Shown: positions 39,405 through 49,831 of the stretch, in pieces | Layout: each line of letters starts with the position of its first letter | How positions within the stretch are numbered: the first letter of the stretch is position 1 | Assembly: GCA_963726455.1 (NCBI GenBank) | Contig: CAVSCK010000004.1 | Span: 1,088,001 to 1,152,000 of the forward strand | Direction: 5' to 3' | DNA length: 64,000 nt | Origin: an uncultured bacterium | Lineage (GTDB): Bacteria; Zixibacteria; MSB-5A5; CAIYYT01 | Made by a program: the position numbers and the translations under genes | Notes under the pieces: model-generated | Seen by the model: the letters and a program-made list of their open reading frames with translations, nothing else | Told to the model about the DNA's origin: nothing | The model's database searches: none

Positions 39405-41102
39405 CTACTCCTTGAGCTTATCTTTTAGCTTTTGATTCTTGGGGTCGATCTTGAGTGCGTCCTGCCACGCTGTTCGCGCCTCAGACGTGTTGCCAAGTGC
39501 CATTTGGATATCGCCCAGATGTTCCAGCACAGTTGGATCATCCTTGATGACACCTAGTGACTTGTTGATCTGAACCAGTGCTTCCGGATAACGCTGCAAT
39601 CGGTACAGCACCCAGGCATAACTATCCAGGTAGGCGCCGTTGGCGGTGTCCACAGCCAATGCCTTCTGAATCATGCGCAACGCTTCATCCAAACGAACAT
39701 TCTTGTCGGCGAACATGTAGCCGAGATAATTCAGCGCCTGTGAATTTGTGCTGTCAACCGACAGCAATAGCTCGAAGGTTTCCACGGCTTTGTCAAAATT
39801 GCCGGCGCGTTCGTACTGTGCCCCGATCTGGAACAGCGCCCGCACCGTGTCGCCACCGTCAGCAATCACCTGCTTCAGTAGCGCAATCGACGAGTCCGGC
39901 ATCTGCTTCTCTGCCACCAACTGCGCCAGATAAAACTGCACGTTGTCGCGACCGGCGGTCACATAATGCAAGGATTGTTCCAGCAGCGCTATCGACGAAT
40001 CGGTCTGTTTCTTCTGCTCATAAATGTAAGCCAAATTCACCCAGCCGTCAGGCGTGGTCGAGTCCGCGTCCACCAAATCCGTAAAATACGTCCTGGCCGT
40101 ATCATATTGCTTGGCGTCAAGTGCCATGCGGCCGAGATAGAACAATGCAAATCGGCTCTTGTCATCGATCGTCAGCGCCTTTCGAAACGACGCAGTGGCG
40201 AGGGTATCCAGCTTGTCTTTGAGAAACACCTGTCCCATCCGCTCATAGATGACCTTGTCAGTGCTCGGTAGCTCGACAAATTTCTGGCCGAAGACGCGCA
40301 CGGAATCGAGGTAGTTCTCGGCATTGTACGTCTCGATCAACTGCGCCTGGATTCGCGCATTCTCCGGATACGCCCGCATGCCCCGATACAGCGTGTTGAT
40401 CGACTGTTCCTTTTTGCCTCCGGCATGGTAGTACACGGCCAACCTTGAATAAAGCAACGGATCGGTCGCATTTATCGTAACCGCGCGTTCCAATAACACC
40501 GTCGCTGAATCAAACATGCCCATTCCAGCGTACATCTCAGCGATCTGCTGATACAATTCAGCGTTGCCGGAGTATTGCGCCGCTACTTGAAAATACTTCG
40601 CGGCTTCATCAAGCTTCCGTTGCTTGGCCGCCAGCACTCCCAGATTATAGTTGAGATCAACATTCGTCGGGTCATCCGCCAGCGCGCGCTTATAGACCGC
40701 CATGGCTTCGTCGTTGCGATTCAGTTGCTGATAGCAGTCGCCCATCATCTTGTAAGTATCGTCGGTCTTCTGAGGAATCGGCAGCACCGCATCAAGCGCC
40801 TGATTTGGATGATTCATTCTGACGTACAAGGAGCCGAGCGCCATGCGAATATCGTATGACAGCGGCTCGTATGATAGCGCCACTTCGTACTCTTTAATTG
40901 CCTCCTCCAATACACCTTCCTGCTCGTAAATGACTCCATTGGTGTAATGATTGTAGGCGTCCGGATTCATCTCTTTCTGAACGTCGGCAGCAGTCTTGGT
41001 TTGCAACGGTTTCGCCGCCGGTTTGCTCGCAGCACAACCGGAAACGAACAGCGCAGCCAACAGAACCCCGATTGCGATTAGTTTCCAGGCAGTCCGCATC
41101 AA
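39405..41102 (-). CDS. TPR-repeat lipoprotein
   Basis: Lipobox VSGC, many TPRs, and C-terminal ALNYLGY..AYLDSYAWV..EHLGD. Confidence 0.88.
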   Translation of the reverse strand: MMRTAWKLIAIGVLLAALFVSGCAASKPAAKPLQTKTAADVQKEMNPDAYNHYTNGVIYEQEGVLEEAIKEYEVALSYEPLSYDIRMALGSLYVRMNHPNQALDAVLPIPQKTDDTYKMMGDCYQQLNRNDEAMAVYKRALADDPTNVDLNYNLGVLAAKQRKLDEAAKYFQVAAQYSGNAELYQQIAEMYAGMGMFDSATVLLERAVTINATDPLLYSRLAVYYHAGGKKEQSINTLYRGMRAYPENARIQAQLIETYNAENYLDSVRVFGQKFVELPSTDKVIYERMGQVFLKDKLDTLATASFRKALTIDDKSRFALFYLGRMALDAKQYDTARTYFTDLVDADSTTPDGWVNLAYIYEQKKQTDSSIALLEQSLHYVTAGRDNVQFYLAQLVAEKQMPDSSIALLKQVIADGGDTVRALFQIGAQYERAGNFDKAVETFELLLSVDSTNSQALNYLGYMFADKNVRLDEALRMIQKALAVDTANGAYLDSYAWVLYRLQRYPEALVQINKSLGVIKDDPTVLEHLGDIQMALGNTSEARTAWQDALKIDPKNQKLKDKLKE

Positions 41103-42316
41103 GTTGTCTTCCCCTTGATTCGATAGAACCCGCGTTTCCCGACCTTCAACAAATACTCGCGCTCCACGGCGATTTCCAATTTGTCGTCTACCACGCGCTC
41201 GCCGTCCAGATAGATTCCGCCCTGTGTGATCAGGCGTCTCACTTCGCTGGTACTGGCGGCGATCCCGCTGGCGACCATAGCTCTTGGCAACCAGACTGAT
41301 TTCTCCGATGCCGGATATTCCTTCAACTCGATTTCGTCCGGGAGTCCCTTTTGCGTAAACACTTTCTCAAATTCGCTCTGTGCATCTGCGGCCGTCTGCG
41401 CGTCGTAGTACATAGTCACTATCGCCCGCCCCAGTTCCTTCTTGAACGACACCGGATTCTCGCCCGCCTTCATAGCCGCTTCCATCTTGGCTATCTTGTC
41501 GGCCTGGTAATTCGTAACCAACTGAAAATATGGCACAATCAGCCGATCCGGGATCGACATCACTTTGCCGAATATCTCGCGTGGCGGTTCTGAAATCCCG
41601 ATGTAATTGCCAATTGATTTGCTCATCCGCTGCAGGCCGTCAACACCTTCGAGTACCGGAAGTGTCAGCGCCACCTGCGGCTCGACACCGTACGCTTCCT
41701 GAATCTGTCGGCCGGTCAGCAAATTGAATTTCTGCTCCGTCGCCCCAAGCTCAACGTCGGCTTTAATCGCCACAGAATCATACGCCTGCATCAACGGATA
41801 GAGCAACTCATGTACTGATATCGGCGCTTCGGCTTTCCAGCGTTTCGTAAAATCCTCCCGCTCCATCATGCGCGCCAGTGTCATCTTGCCCGCCAGGCGC
41901 AGAATATCGGCAAAGGACATGTTGGCAAACCACTCGCCATTGCGCCGGACCTCGAATTTCAGCGGCGACAGTGCCTTGCTGAATTGCTCAAGGTAGGTCT
42001 TGGCGTTGGCTTCAACTTCCTGAATCGACAATTGCGGTCTGGTAACCGATCGTCCCGATGGATCGCCTACTTGTGCCGTGTAGTCACCCACTATGACGAT
42101 CACGCGATGCCCCAGCTCGGCGAATTGTCTGAGCTTACGCAAACCAACAGTGTGCCCCAGATGAATGTCCGGAGCCGTCGGATCGAACCCCTGTTTGACG
42201 ACGAGTGGAGTGTTCGTGGCCAGCGATTTCGCGAGTTTCTTCTCCAGCTCTCCGTTAGGCAGAATTTCCACCGTATTTTCGCGGATTATTTCCATCTGTT
42301 TGTCAACAGGAAGCAT
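41099..42316 (-). CDS. tyrS: Tyrosine--tRNA ligase
   Basis: GFDPTAPDIHLGH (HIGH), YPLMQAYDS, RMSKS (KMSKS) and an S4 domain ending KVGKR. Start at MLPVDKQ with GGAGG RBS. Confidence 0.96.
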   Translation of the reverse strand: MLPVDKQMEIIRENTVEILPNGELEKKLAKSLATNTPLVVKQGFDPTAPDIHLGHTVGLRKLRQFAELGHRVIVIVGDYTAQVGDPSGRSVTRPQLSIQEVEANAKTYLEQFSKALSPLKFEVRRNGEWFANMSFADILRLAGKMTLARMMEREDFTKRWKAEAPISVHELLYPLMQAYDSVAIKADVELGATEQKFNLLTGRQIQEAYGVEPQVALTLPVLEGVDGLQRMSKSIGNYIGISEPPREIFGKVMSIPDRLIVPYFQLVTNYQADKIAKMEAAMKAGENPVSFKKELGRAIVTMYYDAQTAADAQSEFEKVFTQKGLPDEIELKEYPASEKSVWLPRAMVASGIAASTSEVRRLITQGGIYLDGERVVDDKLEIAVEREYLLKVGKRGFYRIKGKTT

Positions 42317-42504
42317 CAATCCTCCAACGGGCGTTTTTCTATGCTCTCGTCCGGATTCCAAATCCGGATTAGACAATAATCCACAACTATACGGCAAAAT
42401 CCGTGGTGCGACAAGGATAATCTAGACCCCCGCAAATGGCTTTAACGAGCGTTCAATACTCGCTGGTGAACTGTATTTCTCACTTATCGACGAGCTTTCA
42501 CGTG

Positions 42505-42945
42505 CTAGCTTGGATACACGCCCGTGATGTAGTCTTTCAGATACCGGTTCTCGACTGATGCTTCTGTGATTTCCTCTCGAATGATGTCGCCGATCGACAC
42601 AATTCCCGCCAGCCGGCCATCATCCATCACCGGCAGGTGGCGTATCCGGTTCTCCGTGATTAGCGCCTTCAAATAATCCAGCGTATCCGAAGGCACTGCC
42701 ACGATCAGATCGGTAGTCATCACGGCGCTTACCGGTATATCCATGATCTTGCCTTCGTGTTCGTATGTCAGCCGAAAAATGTCGCGTTCGGTAATGATTC
42801 CCACGACTTCCTTCGCACGGTCAAGAATCACGACCGAGCCCACCCTGTGCTTGATCAGCAGAGCCATCGCTTCGCGAATTGTCGTGTCGGGCGAAGCGGT
42901 AATTACGTTGTTTCCCTTACGTCTCAAGATCGATGCTACCTTCAT
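42505..42945 (-). CDS. CBS domain protein
   Basis: GIITERD and RHLPV..GIVSIGD CBS pair. Confidence 0.92.
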   Translation of the reverse strand: MKVASILRRKGNNVITASPDTTIREAMALLIKHRVGSVVILDRAKEVVGIITERDIFRLTYEHEGKIMDIPVSAVMTTDLIVAVPSDTLDYLKALITENRIRHLPVMDDGRLAGIVSIGDIIREEITEASVENRYLKDYITGVYPS

Positions 42946-43258
42946 TTTGTAACTCCCTGCTTGCCGAGAGTCGGTTGATGCCAGAAACTACATGATTAGT
43001 CTGTAATATCGTGAACCGATCAACTCGCCGTTTCAACAGCTTACTTCTTTTACGCTACAATTTGTGTCTTAATGGCAGCTTTTTCGTGGTGCACCATCCA
43101 AAGACGAAGAAAGTTAACGTTTCTGCGGGCTCCGGTCTGGATAAGTCGGGGAAACGATCGGAAAGACAAAACGCCGTCGTTCCCTTTCTGAACATCCCAA
43201 GAAAGTCGTTGCGGAAAACCTTCCCGTCTGCTATTACAATAACCTTCTGTGAGGTCTC

Positions 43259-44155
43259 TTGCCCTACTTCGGTGAACTGGTTGCTCTCGCAACCGCTGTC
43301 TGCTGGTCATTTGGAACCATCCTGTTCGGCTACTCCAGCCGGCGCGTCGGTTCGTTTACCGTCAACACCATCCGGATTCTCTTTGCAGCAGTGTTGATAA
43401 CTTTAGGCAATCTGGCCTTGCATGGGCAACTCATTCCGGCGAATTTCGAAAATCGGCAACTTGTGATTCTCGGAACCTCCGGAATTATCGGACTGGTTAT
43501 CGGGGATGGCTGCTATTTCAAGTCCCTGGTGATCCTCGGTCCGCGCATCGCCTCCCTGATGAGTGCCTCTTCGCCAATTTTTGCCGTGATAATCGCCTGG
43601 GTGTTCCTGGGTCAGGCCTTGGGCTTACTCGACCTGCTCGGCATTGCCATCACTCTGGCCGGAATCAGCTGGGTAACCCTGGAGCGCAACCACAATTCCT
43701 TCGGTTCGCAACCGGGTTCCAAGACGCTCGGCTATGTCCTCGGCGTCGGGGGCGCAATCGGCCAGGCCGTGGCACTGACTATGGCGAAAGTTGGCATGGG
43801 CGACAACTTCCCGCCGTTGAACGCATCATTTGTTCGCATGGTTGCCGCAGCCGTGGTAATCTGGATCATCGCCATCGCCGCGGGACGCCTGCCTAATATC
43901 AAGTCGGCCGTCAAGGACATCCGGGCCGTGGGCGCCATCAGTGCGGCGGCATTTGTGGGACCATTTCTCGGAATCTGGCTCTCGTTGATTTCGATCCAAT
44001 ATACCAAAATCGGCATCGCCTCTACTTTGATGGCCACCACGCCTCTGTGGGTCATCCCCCTGGTCATGATCATTCACAAAGAACGTCCCAGCATTCGCGC
44101 GATCTTCGGAACCGCTGCCGCAGTGGGCGGTGTCTCCATCATTTTCCTCACCTAG
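43259..44155 (+). CDS. DMT/EamA family transporter
   Basis: Ten TM segments, GLVIGD..YF and HKERPS motifs. GAGGT RBS before TTG. Confidence 0.88.
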   Translation: MPYFGELVALATAVCWSFGTILFGYSSRRVGSFTVNTIRILFAAVLITLGNLALHGQLIPANFENRQLVILGTSGIIGLVIGDGCYFKSLVILGPRIASLMSASSPIFAVIIAWVFLGQALGLLDLLGIAITLAGISWVTLERNHNSFGSQPGSKTLGYVLGVGGAIGQAVALTMAKVGMGDNFPPLNASFVRMVAAAVVIWIIAIAAGRLPNIKSAVKDIRAVGAISAAAFVGPFLGIWLSLISIQYTKIGIASTLMATTPLWVIPLVMIIHKERPSIRAIFGTAAAVGGVSIIFLT

Positions 44156-44227
44156 AGCGTACCTAATGTGCGGAAGTGGACAATTCCGCTCGAGATTAAG
44201 AACGTTGACATCTTCCGGAGTTGACTA

Positions 44228-45169
44228 ATGCATGCAGGTTCGCTGATTCGTGGCTTGTTTTCCAGCCGTCGTCAAAACGGTTCCCAACTCAAGGAATCGT
44301 TGGCAACTGCTGATAGCATGTTCCGCGAGCGTCGTTATGATCAGGCGCGGCAGCTATACGAACAGCTTGCTTCCCGGTCACATGACGAGCATGACTTCTC
44401 TACTGAGGTTGAGTCTCTTGCGCAGGTGGCTCGCTGTTTTCTCACTTCCAACGATATTGAGAACGCCCGCCAGATATTGGATCGGGCGGCGGAGTTGGCC
44501 TCACCCAAGTACCCTTGCGGCTGGTCGCGCTATCTTGGAGTCAAAGGCCGCCTGGAATGGAAAACCAACAATCTTGCGGCTGCCAAGCAGACCTTCAAAG
44601 ATCAATATCAGTTTTGCCACAAACACAAGCTCGTCGCCGGTGCCATCGACGCCGTCAACATGATGTCCATTGTCGGAACACCCGAGGAACAAATCAGTTG
44701 GAGTATGATCGGAATCAACGAATCCGAAACCACGGGCGAACATCACTGGCTCGGTCCGCTGTGGAACAACTTGGCGGTCACTTACAGCGAACAAGGCGAT
44801 TATCACAGGGCGTACGATGCATTTCTCAAGGCGCGCGAGTATCACCTGCAATACGGCACCGAGACCAATCGCCTGTATGCCGATTATCAACTCGGCTGGG
44901 TCCTGCGTATGCGGGGTGATTTCGAGCTGGCTCTGTCATGGCTGCGGCCTGCGCTTGCCTGGGCCGAGAGAATTGAATGTTTCGACGTAATGGCGCAGGC
45001 GTCGCAGGACATCGGCGAAATTCTTATTGACCAGAAAGACACGGCGAAAGGACTGGAATGCTTGCAACGGGCGCTGGCCTATTTTCGCGAAGCTGGTTAC
45101 GATAAATCCGACCCCGACATCTTGAGCCGGTTATGTCAAAGAATATCTGACATCAACCGGCAATCGTGA
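44228..45169 (+). CDS. TPR-repeat protein
   Basis: Helical repeats such as WNNLAVTYSEQGDYHRAYDAFLKA and LGWVLRMRGDFELAL. Confidence 0.78.
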   Translation: MHAGSLIRGLFSSRRQNGSQLKESLATADSMFRERRYDQARQLYEQLASRSHDEHDFSTEVESLAQVARCFLTSNDIENARQILDRAAELASPKYPCGWSRYLGVKGRLEWKTNNLAAAKQTFKDQYQFCHKHKLVAGAIDAVNMMSIVGTPEEQISWSMIGINESETTGEHHWLGPLWNNLAVTYSEQGDYHRAYDAFLKAREYHLQYGTETNRLYADYQLGWVLRMRGDFELALSWLRPALAWAERIECFDVMAQASQDIGEILIDQKDTAKGLECLQRALAYFREAGYDKSDPDILSRLCQRISDINRQS

Positions 45170-45202
45170 TCAGCATCCCTCGCGCGTTTTGGGCCGACGT
45201 GT

Positions 45203-45823
45203 CTAGCTGGCTGCTTTGTCAACCGAGCTTAACATCCCCAGAAAGGCAGCGCGAATCTTATCTACTGTTGCCTTGGGGCCTGTCAATTTGAAGAACACGT
45301 TTCCTTCCGGCGCTGTCACGATTCCACCCAGCAATTCATAGTCTGGCTTCTCGGCCATCGTCTGCATCATCGGTCCGGAGGACGACATGTACGTTCCGGT
45401 GATATCAACCGTGGTAATCTGACAGCACGGCGACTTCACTTCGCCTTTGACCGCCTTCGATTGCGAATCGGAACCGTCCGGCTGTGTAACCTGAGTGATC
45501 CAGCGCGAAATATTCGATTCTATGTCACCACCCTGTCCCGCGCCGAAGAAGAACACGGCGCACTCGGCCTGCGCATCACCGGTGCCGACATTATATGTTG
45601 CTGCGCGCATCGGGCGTTCGCCGCCCTTGGTCCAGCCCGCCGGAACTTTCCAGGTTACGCCTGCCGCGCTGCCTGATTCCGTGGAGGAGGCAGTGACGCC
45701 GCTGGTCGTTCCTTCAGGTTGGCCTTGCGTTTGCTCCTGCTTCTTCTCCGCCGTACATGAACAGAGTAGCGCGACCAAAATCGCTATCGTCAAAACCCCG
45801 ATCGCTGTCACACGTGTTTTCAT
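45203..45823 (-). CDS. Conserved hypothetical lipoprotein
   Basis: Lipobox LCSC, WKVPAGW..MRAATY, GQGGDIESNISRW and FFKLTGP motifs. Confidence 0.72.
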   Translation of the reverse strand: MKTRVTAIGVLTIAILVALLCSCTAEKKQEQTQGQPEGTTSGVTASSTESGSAAGVTWKVPAGWTKGGERPMRAATYNVGTGDAQAECAVFFFGAGQGGDIESNISRWITQVTQPDGSDSQSKAVKGEVKSPCCQITTVDITGTYMSSSGPMMQTMAEKPDYELLGGIVTAPEGNVFFKLTGPKATVDKIRAAFLGMLSSVDKAAS

Positions 45824-46017
45824 TTCTGATTTGTTTTCCTTTCCCGGTTGCTGCCACACGGCATTCCGACATCAATATATTCTTACCTCGAAAGTATACG
45901 CTCCCGCATTTCAGATCAAAGCTAAAAAGAGCCAATAGACTGCTATATGAATGATTGTTAATGGCACTCCCACTCTCGCGAATTGGAAGAAGCTTGGTGA
46001 ATCACCGGTCAAATTGA

Positions 46018-47568
46018 CTACAACGGAATATTCCCGTGCTTCTTGGGTGGGTTGTTGTCGCGTTTGGTCGCCAGCATCGAGAGCGCTCGTATCAAACGCG
46101 GACGGGTTTGTTTGGGCTCTATTATGTCATCTATATACCCGCGTTCGGCCGCAATGTAAGGATTGGCAAACTTTTCCGTATACTCAGATATCTTTTCATC
46201 CAGCATCTTCTGAGGATCTTTCGACGCTTCAATTTCCTTGCGGAATATGATTTCCACGGCGCCCTTGGGACCCATCACGGCAATTTCTGCTGACGGCCAG
46301 GCATAATTGACGTCGCCGCGCACATGCTTGGAATTCATAACGTCGTACGCGCCGCCATACGCCTTCCGCGTAATCACCGTTACTTTGGGCACCGTTGCTT
46401 CGCAGTATGCATACAGCAGCTTGGCGCCATGCTTGATTATGCCGCCATGTTCCTGCGCAATTCCCGGCAGGAAACCCGGCACGTCCTCAAAGGTCACGAG
46501 CGGAATATTGAACGCATCACAGAAACGAATGAAGCGTGCACCCTTGATCGAAGAATCAATGTCCAGTACACCCGCGAGATGCGCCGGTTGATTGGCAATA
46601 ATGCCGACCGACCTGCCGCCCAAACGCGCAAAACCGACCGTAATGTTCGGAGCGTAATCAGCGTGAATTTCGAAATACTCGCCCTCATCAACGATCAACT
46701 TGATCACCTCGATCATGTCATAGGGCTTGTTGGGATTCTCTGGAATGAGAGTGTTCAACTTGTCATCACATCGGTCCGACGGATCCGAGGTTTCCTTGAA
46801 CGGCGGGTCGTCCAGATTATTCAGGGGAATAAAGGACATCAGCTTGCGAATCCCCAACAGCGCCTCGGCTTCGGAATCGCACGCGAAATGCGCCACGCCC
46901 GACTTGCTGGCATGGGTATCAGCGCCACCTAGTTCGTCCATCGTCACGTCTTCGTGCGTTACCGTCTTGACCACGTTCGGTCCGGTGACAAACATGTAGG
47001 ATGACTTCCTGACCATGAAGATGAAATCGGTAATGGCCGGTGAATATACTGCCCCACCCGCACAGGGCCCCAGAATGGCCGAGATTTGAGGCACGACGCC
47101 TGACGCCAGAGTGTTCAACAGGAAGATATCTGCATAGCCACCGAGCGAGACCACGCCTTCCTGAATGCGCGCGCCACCAGAATCGTTCAGCCCGATTACG
47201 GGAGCGCCCATCTTCATTGCCGCCTTCATGACCTTGCATATCTTCTCGGCATGTGCCTCCGACAATGATCCACCCAACACGGTGAAGTCCTGGCTGAACA
47301 CGAATACGATCCGATTGTCGATCAGGCCGCAACCGGTCACCACACCGTCGCCCGGAAATTGCACCTTGTCCAGTCCGAAGTCGACCGACCGATGCGCCAC
47401 AAACATGTCGAATTCCTCGAACGATCCCGGATCAAGCAACAACTCCAGCCGTTCGCGCGCTGTGAGTTTTCCTTTGGCGTGTTGCGCCGCGATCTTCTCC
47501 GCGCCACCACCCAATTTCGCCTGTTCCTGTTTCTGTCTTAACAGTTCGAGTTTCTTCTCAATCGACAT
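46018..47568 (-). CDS. pccB: Acyl-CoA carboxylase carboxyltransferase beta subunit (PccB/MmdA-like)
   Basis: [46 protein letters not shown] and KKHGNIPL motifs. Confidence 0.92.
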   Translation of the reverse strand: MSIEKKLELLRQKQEQAKLGGGAEKIAAQHAKGKLTARERLELLLDPGSFEEFDMFVAHRSVDFGLDKVQFPGDGVVTGCGLIDNRIVFVFSQDFTVLGGSLSEAHAEKICKVMKAAMKMGAPVIGLNDSGGARIQEGVVSLGGYADIFLLNTLASGVVPQISAILGPCAGGAVYSPAITDFIFMVRKSSYMFVTGPNVVKTVTHEDVTMDELGGADTHASKSGVAHFACDSEAEALLGIRKLMSFIPLNNLDDPPFKETSDPSDRCDDKLNTLIPENPNKPYDMIEVIKLIVDEGEYFEIHADYAPNITVGFARLGGRSVGIIANQPAHLAGVLDIDSSIKGARFIRFCDAFNIPLVTFEDVPGFLPGIAQEHGGIIKHGAKLLYAYCEATVPKVTVITRKAYGGAYDVMNSKHVRGDVNYAWPSAEIAVMGPKGAVEIIFRKEIEASKDPQKMLDEKISEYTEKFANPYIAAERGYIDDIIEPKQTRPRLIRALSMLATKRDNNPPKKHGNIPL

Positions 47569-47613
47569 GCTTTCATCCGTTCCCGGTTAGGTAATCTTAT
47601 CGGCTGGACTCCC

Positions 47614-48453
47614 TTAGACTTCCACCTTCTCGCAATTATACTTCAGCCCATCAAATGTGATCCGCGTGACTTTGTTATCGAGGTCATGATCCATTGCCAC
47701 GTACCAGCCGCCGGCGACAATCTTCGGCAACATCTCGCGTTTGCAGCGTTGTGTCTCCAGCGGAAACAGATCAGTGGCGGAAACATACGGTATCTTAAGA
47801 TGATGGCAACTGAGAAAATTATCCGCGTAGTAAATCAATTTCGCATCCTCTGATTCAACTTCCACTCCCAATTGCCCGCGTGTATGCCCGCCGATCCGGA
47901 CGGCTCTTATTCCCCGCAGAATCTCCGTGTTGTTACCAACCAGTTGCAGCAATCCGGCATCGCTGATCGCCTGCAGCCGATTCGGGAAATACACGCCCAG
48001 CGTCCGCTCATCCGGATTGTTTGCGTCCTCCCACTCGTCGGCGTGAATTACGTGTTTCGCTTTCGAAAACACGACTGCGGGTTTTCCATCCACTTGCTTA
48101 ATGCAGCCGCCCACGTGATCCCAATGCAGGTGCGACAAGATCACAAAATCAATATCCTTCGAAGCCAGCCCCAGCTGGACCAATCCAGAAACGAGTGCCG
48201 ACGGCTGATTCACTCCGTACAGTTTCCGCTGCTTATCTAGCAGGAAATCTCCCAATCCCGAATCCAGCAGGATGTTCTTCCCGTGCGCCTTCACCAGAAA
48301 CACGTTGATATCGAACGGCAGCAGGTTGTCTTCGTCGGCTTGCTGAATCTTGCTCCAGATGGTCTTGGGAACAATGCCGTAAACCGATCCGGCATCCAGA
48401 TGAAACCGATTATCGACGATGCAGAAGACTTCGAACTGACCCAGTTTTAGCAT
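47614..48453 (-). CDS. MBL-fold metallo-hydrolase (YtnP-like)
   Basis: LDAGSVYGIVPK, SHLHWDHVGG and GGHTRG motifs. Confidence 0.88.
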   Translation of the reverse strand: MLKLGQFEVFCIVDNRFHLDAGSVYGIVPKTIWSKIQQADEDNLLPFDINVFLVKAHGKNILLDSGLGDFLLDKQRKLYGVNQPSALVSGLVQLGLASKDIDFVILSHLHWDHVGGCIKQVDGKPAVVFSKAKHVIHADEWEDANNPDERTLGVYFPNRLQAISDAGLLQLVGNNTEILRGIRAVRIGGHTRGQLGVEVESEDAKLIYYADNFLSCHHLKIPYVSATDLFPLETQRCKREMLPKIVAGGWYVAMDHDLDNKVTRITFDGLKYNCEKVEV

Positions 48454-48488
48454 GTTGAATCTGGTGTGGTGACAGCCAATCCCGCTCC

Positions 48489-48526
48489 AAAAACAATAAC
48501 GCGGCGCACGAAATTATGCGCCGCGT
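48489..48526 (-). terminator. Rho-independent terminator after the acyl-CoA dehydrogenase
   Basis: ACGCGGCGCA/TGCGCCGCGT 10-bp stem followed by TATTGTTTTT on the minus strand. Confidence 0.7.
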
Positions 48527-48541
48527 CAATTACCAATTCGA

Positions 48542-49683
48542 CTAACGCAAATAGTTGCCGGCGATCACGAGCCGTTGGACTTCGGATGTCCCCTCGTAGA
48601 TTTCCGACACACGCTGGTCGCGGTATAGCTTCTCGATCATCGAGAACTCACCGATGTAGCCATAACCGCCGTGAATCTGCATGGCGCGATCCACGCAGAA
48701 ATTCGCCGCTTCTGATGCGAACAATTTCGCCTGCGCCGCTTCCAGACCGAAACGCGCACCCGCATCCTGCAACTGGGCGGCCTTGTACGTCAGGCAAGTC
48801 GCAGCCGAAACTTTGGTAGCCATATCGGCGATCATCCACTGAATGGCCTGCAACTTGGCAATCGGGGCGCCAAACGCCATGCGGGTTTTCGCGTACTTGA
48901 TCGACTCATCAAGCGCCCGACGAGCCATTCCGGTCGATTGCGCCGCGATACCGATGCGCGCGCCGTCAAGTGTCTGCATTGCATACTTGAAACCCTTGCC
49001 CGGCTTCACCCATCAGATTCGTCTTCGGCACTTTGACATTCTCCAGCCAAAGGCGGCCGGTGGTCGCGTACTTCATGCCCATCTTGTTCTTGAGCGTGGC
49101 CTTCTTAAGCCCCGGCGCGTCGCCCGGAACGAAAATCGCCGACACCTTGTCGCGTGCGTCGCCGTCCTGAATCTTGCAGAACAGCACCGCAAAATCGCAG
49201 ACGTCACCGTGCATGATGAATATCTTCTCGCCGTTGATGACGTAATTATCGCCCTCGATCGTCGCCACTGTCGACTGGTTGGCGGCATCGGAGCCCGCAT
49301 TCGGCTCGGTCAGCGCAAACGCCGGGATCCATTTTCCGGATGCCGACGGCGGAATATATTTCTTCTTCTGTTCGTCACTGGCATGGCGAATAATCGGGTC
49401 GCAGGCCAGTTGGCTCACGGCCGTCAACAGCGATGACGGCGCATCGATAGTAAGCTACTTCTTCGATCAGTGTCGCATACTCAAGTGCCGTGCGGCCGCC
49501 ACCACCCAATTCCTTGGGCATGGTAAAGCCGACCAAACCTTTGTCAGCAATGTACTTGAACATGTCATGCGCGAAGCCATCCGGCTTGCGGTCCTGAATC
49601 CGACCCATTTCTTCGAGTTTCGGGCCGATTTCCTTCATCATGTCGCGTACGGGTTGCTGAGCTTCAGATACGTTATAAACCAT
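48542..49683 (-). CDS. Acyl-CoA dehydrogenase, with two frameshifts (probably assembly indels)
   Basis: PKELGGGG, FALTEPNAGSDA, NGEKIFI, LDGARIGIAAQ and QIHGGYGY..YRD..IYEGTSEVQR in three consecutive ORFs. Confidence 0.88.
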
Positions 49684-49831
49684 ATTGTCTCCCTACAATT
49701 AGACTTAATTCAACGCGCGAAATCTAGGATTTTGGAATGCGGAAAATCAACTGCAAAATGAAGGGCACTGTTTAGCGAGGGAGCAGAAAGACTGCCGGGT
49801 CAACACCTTAGGCCAGATCAAAAAACGCCAG

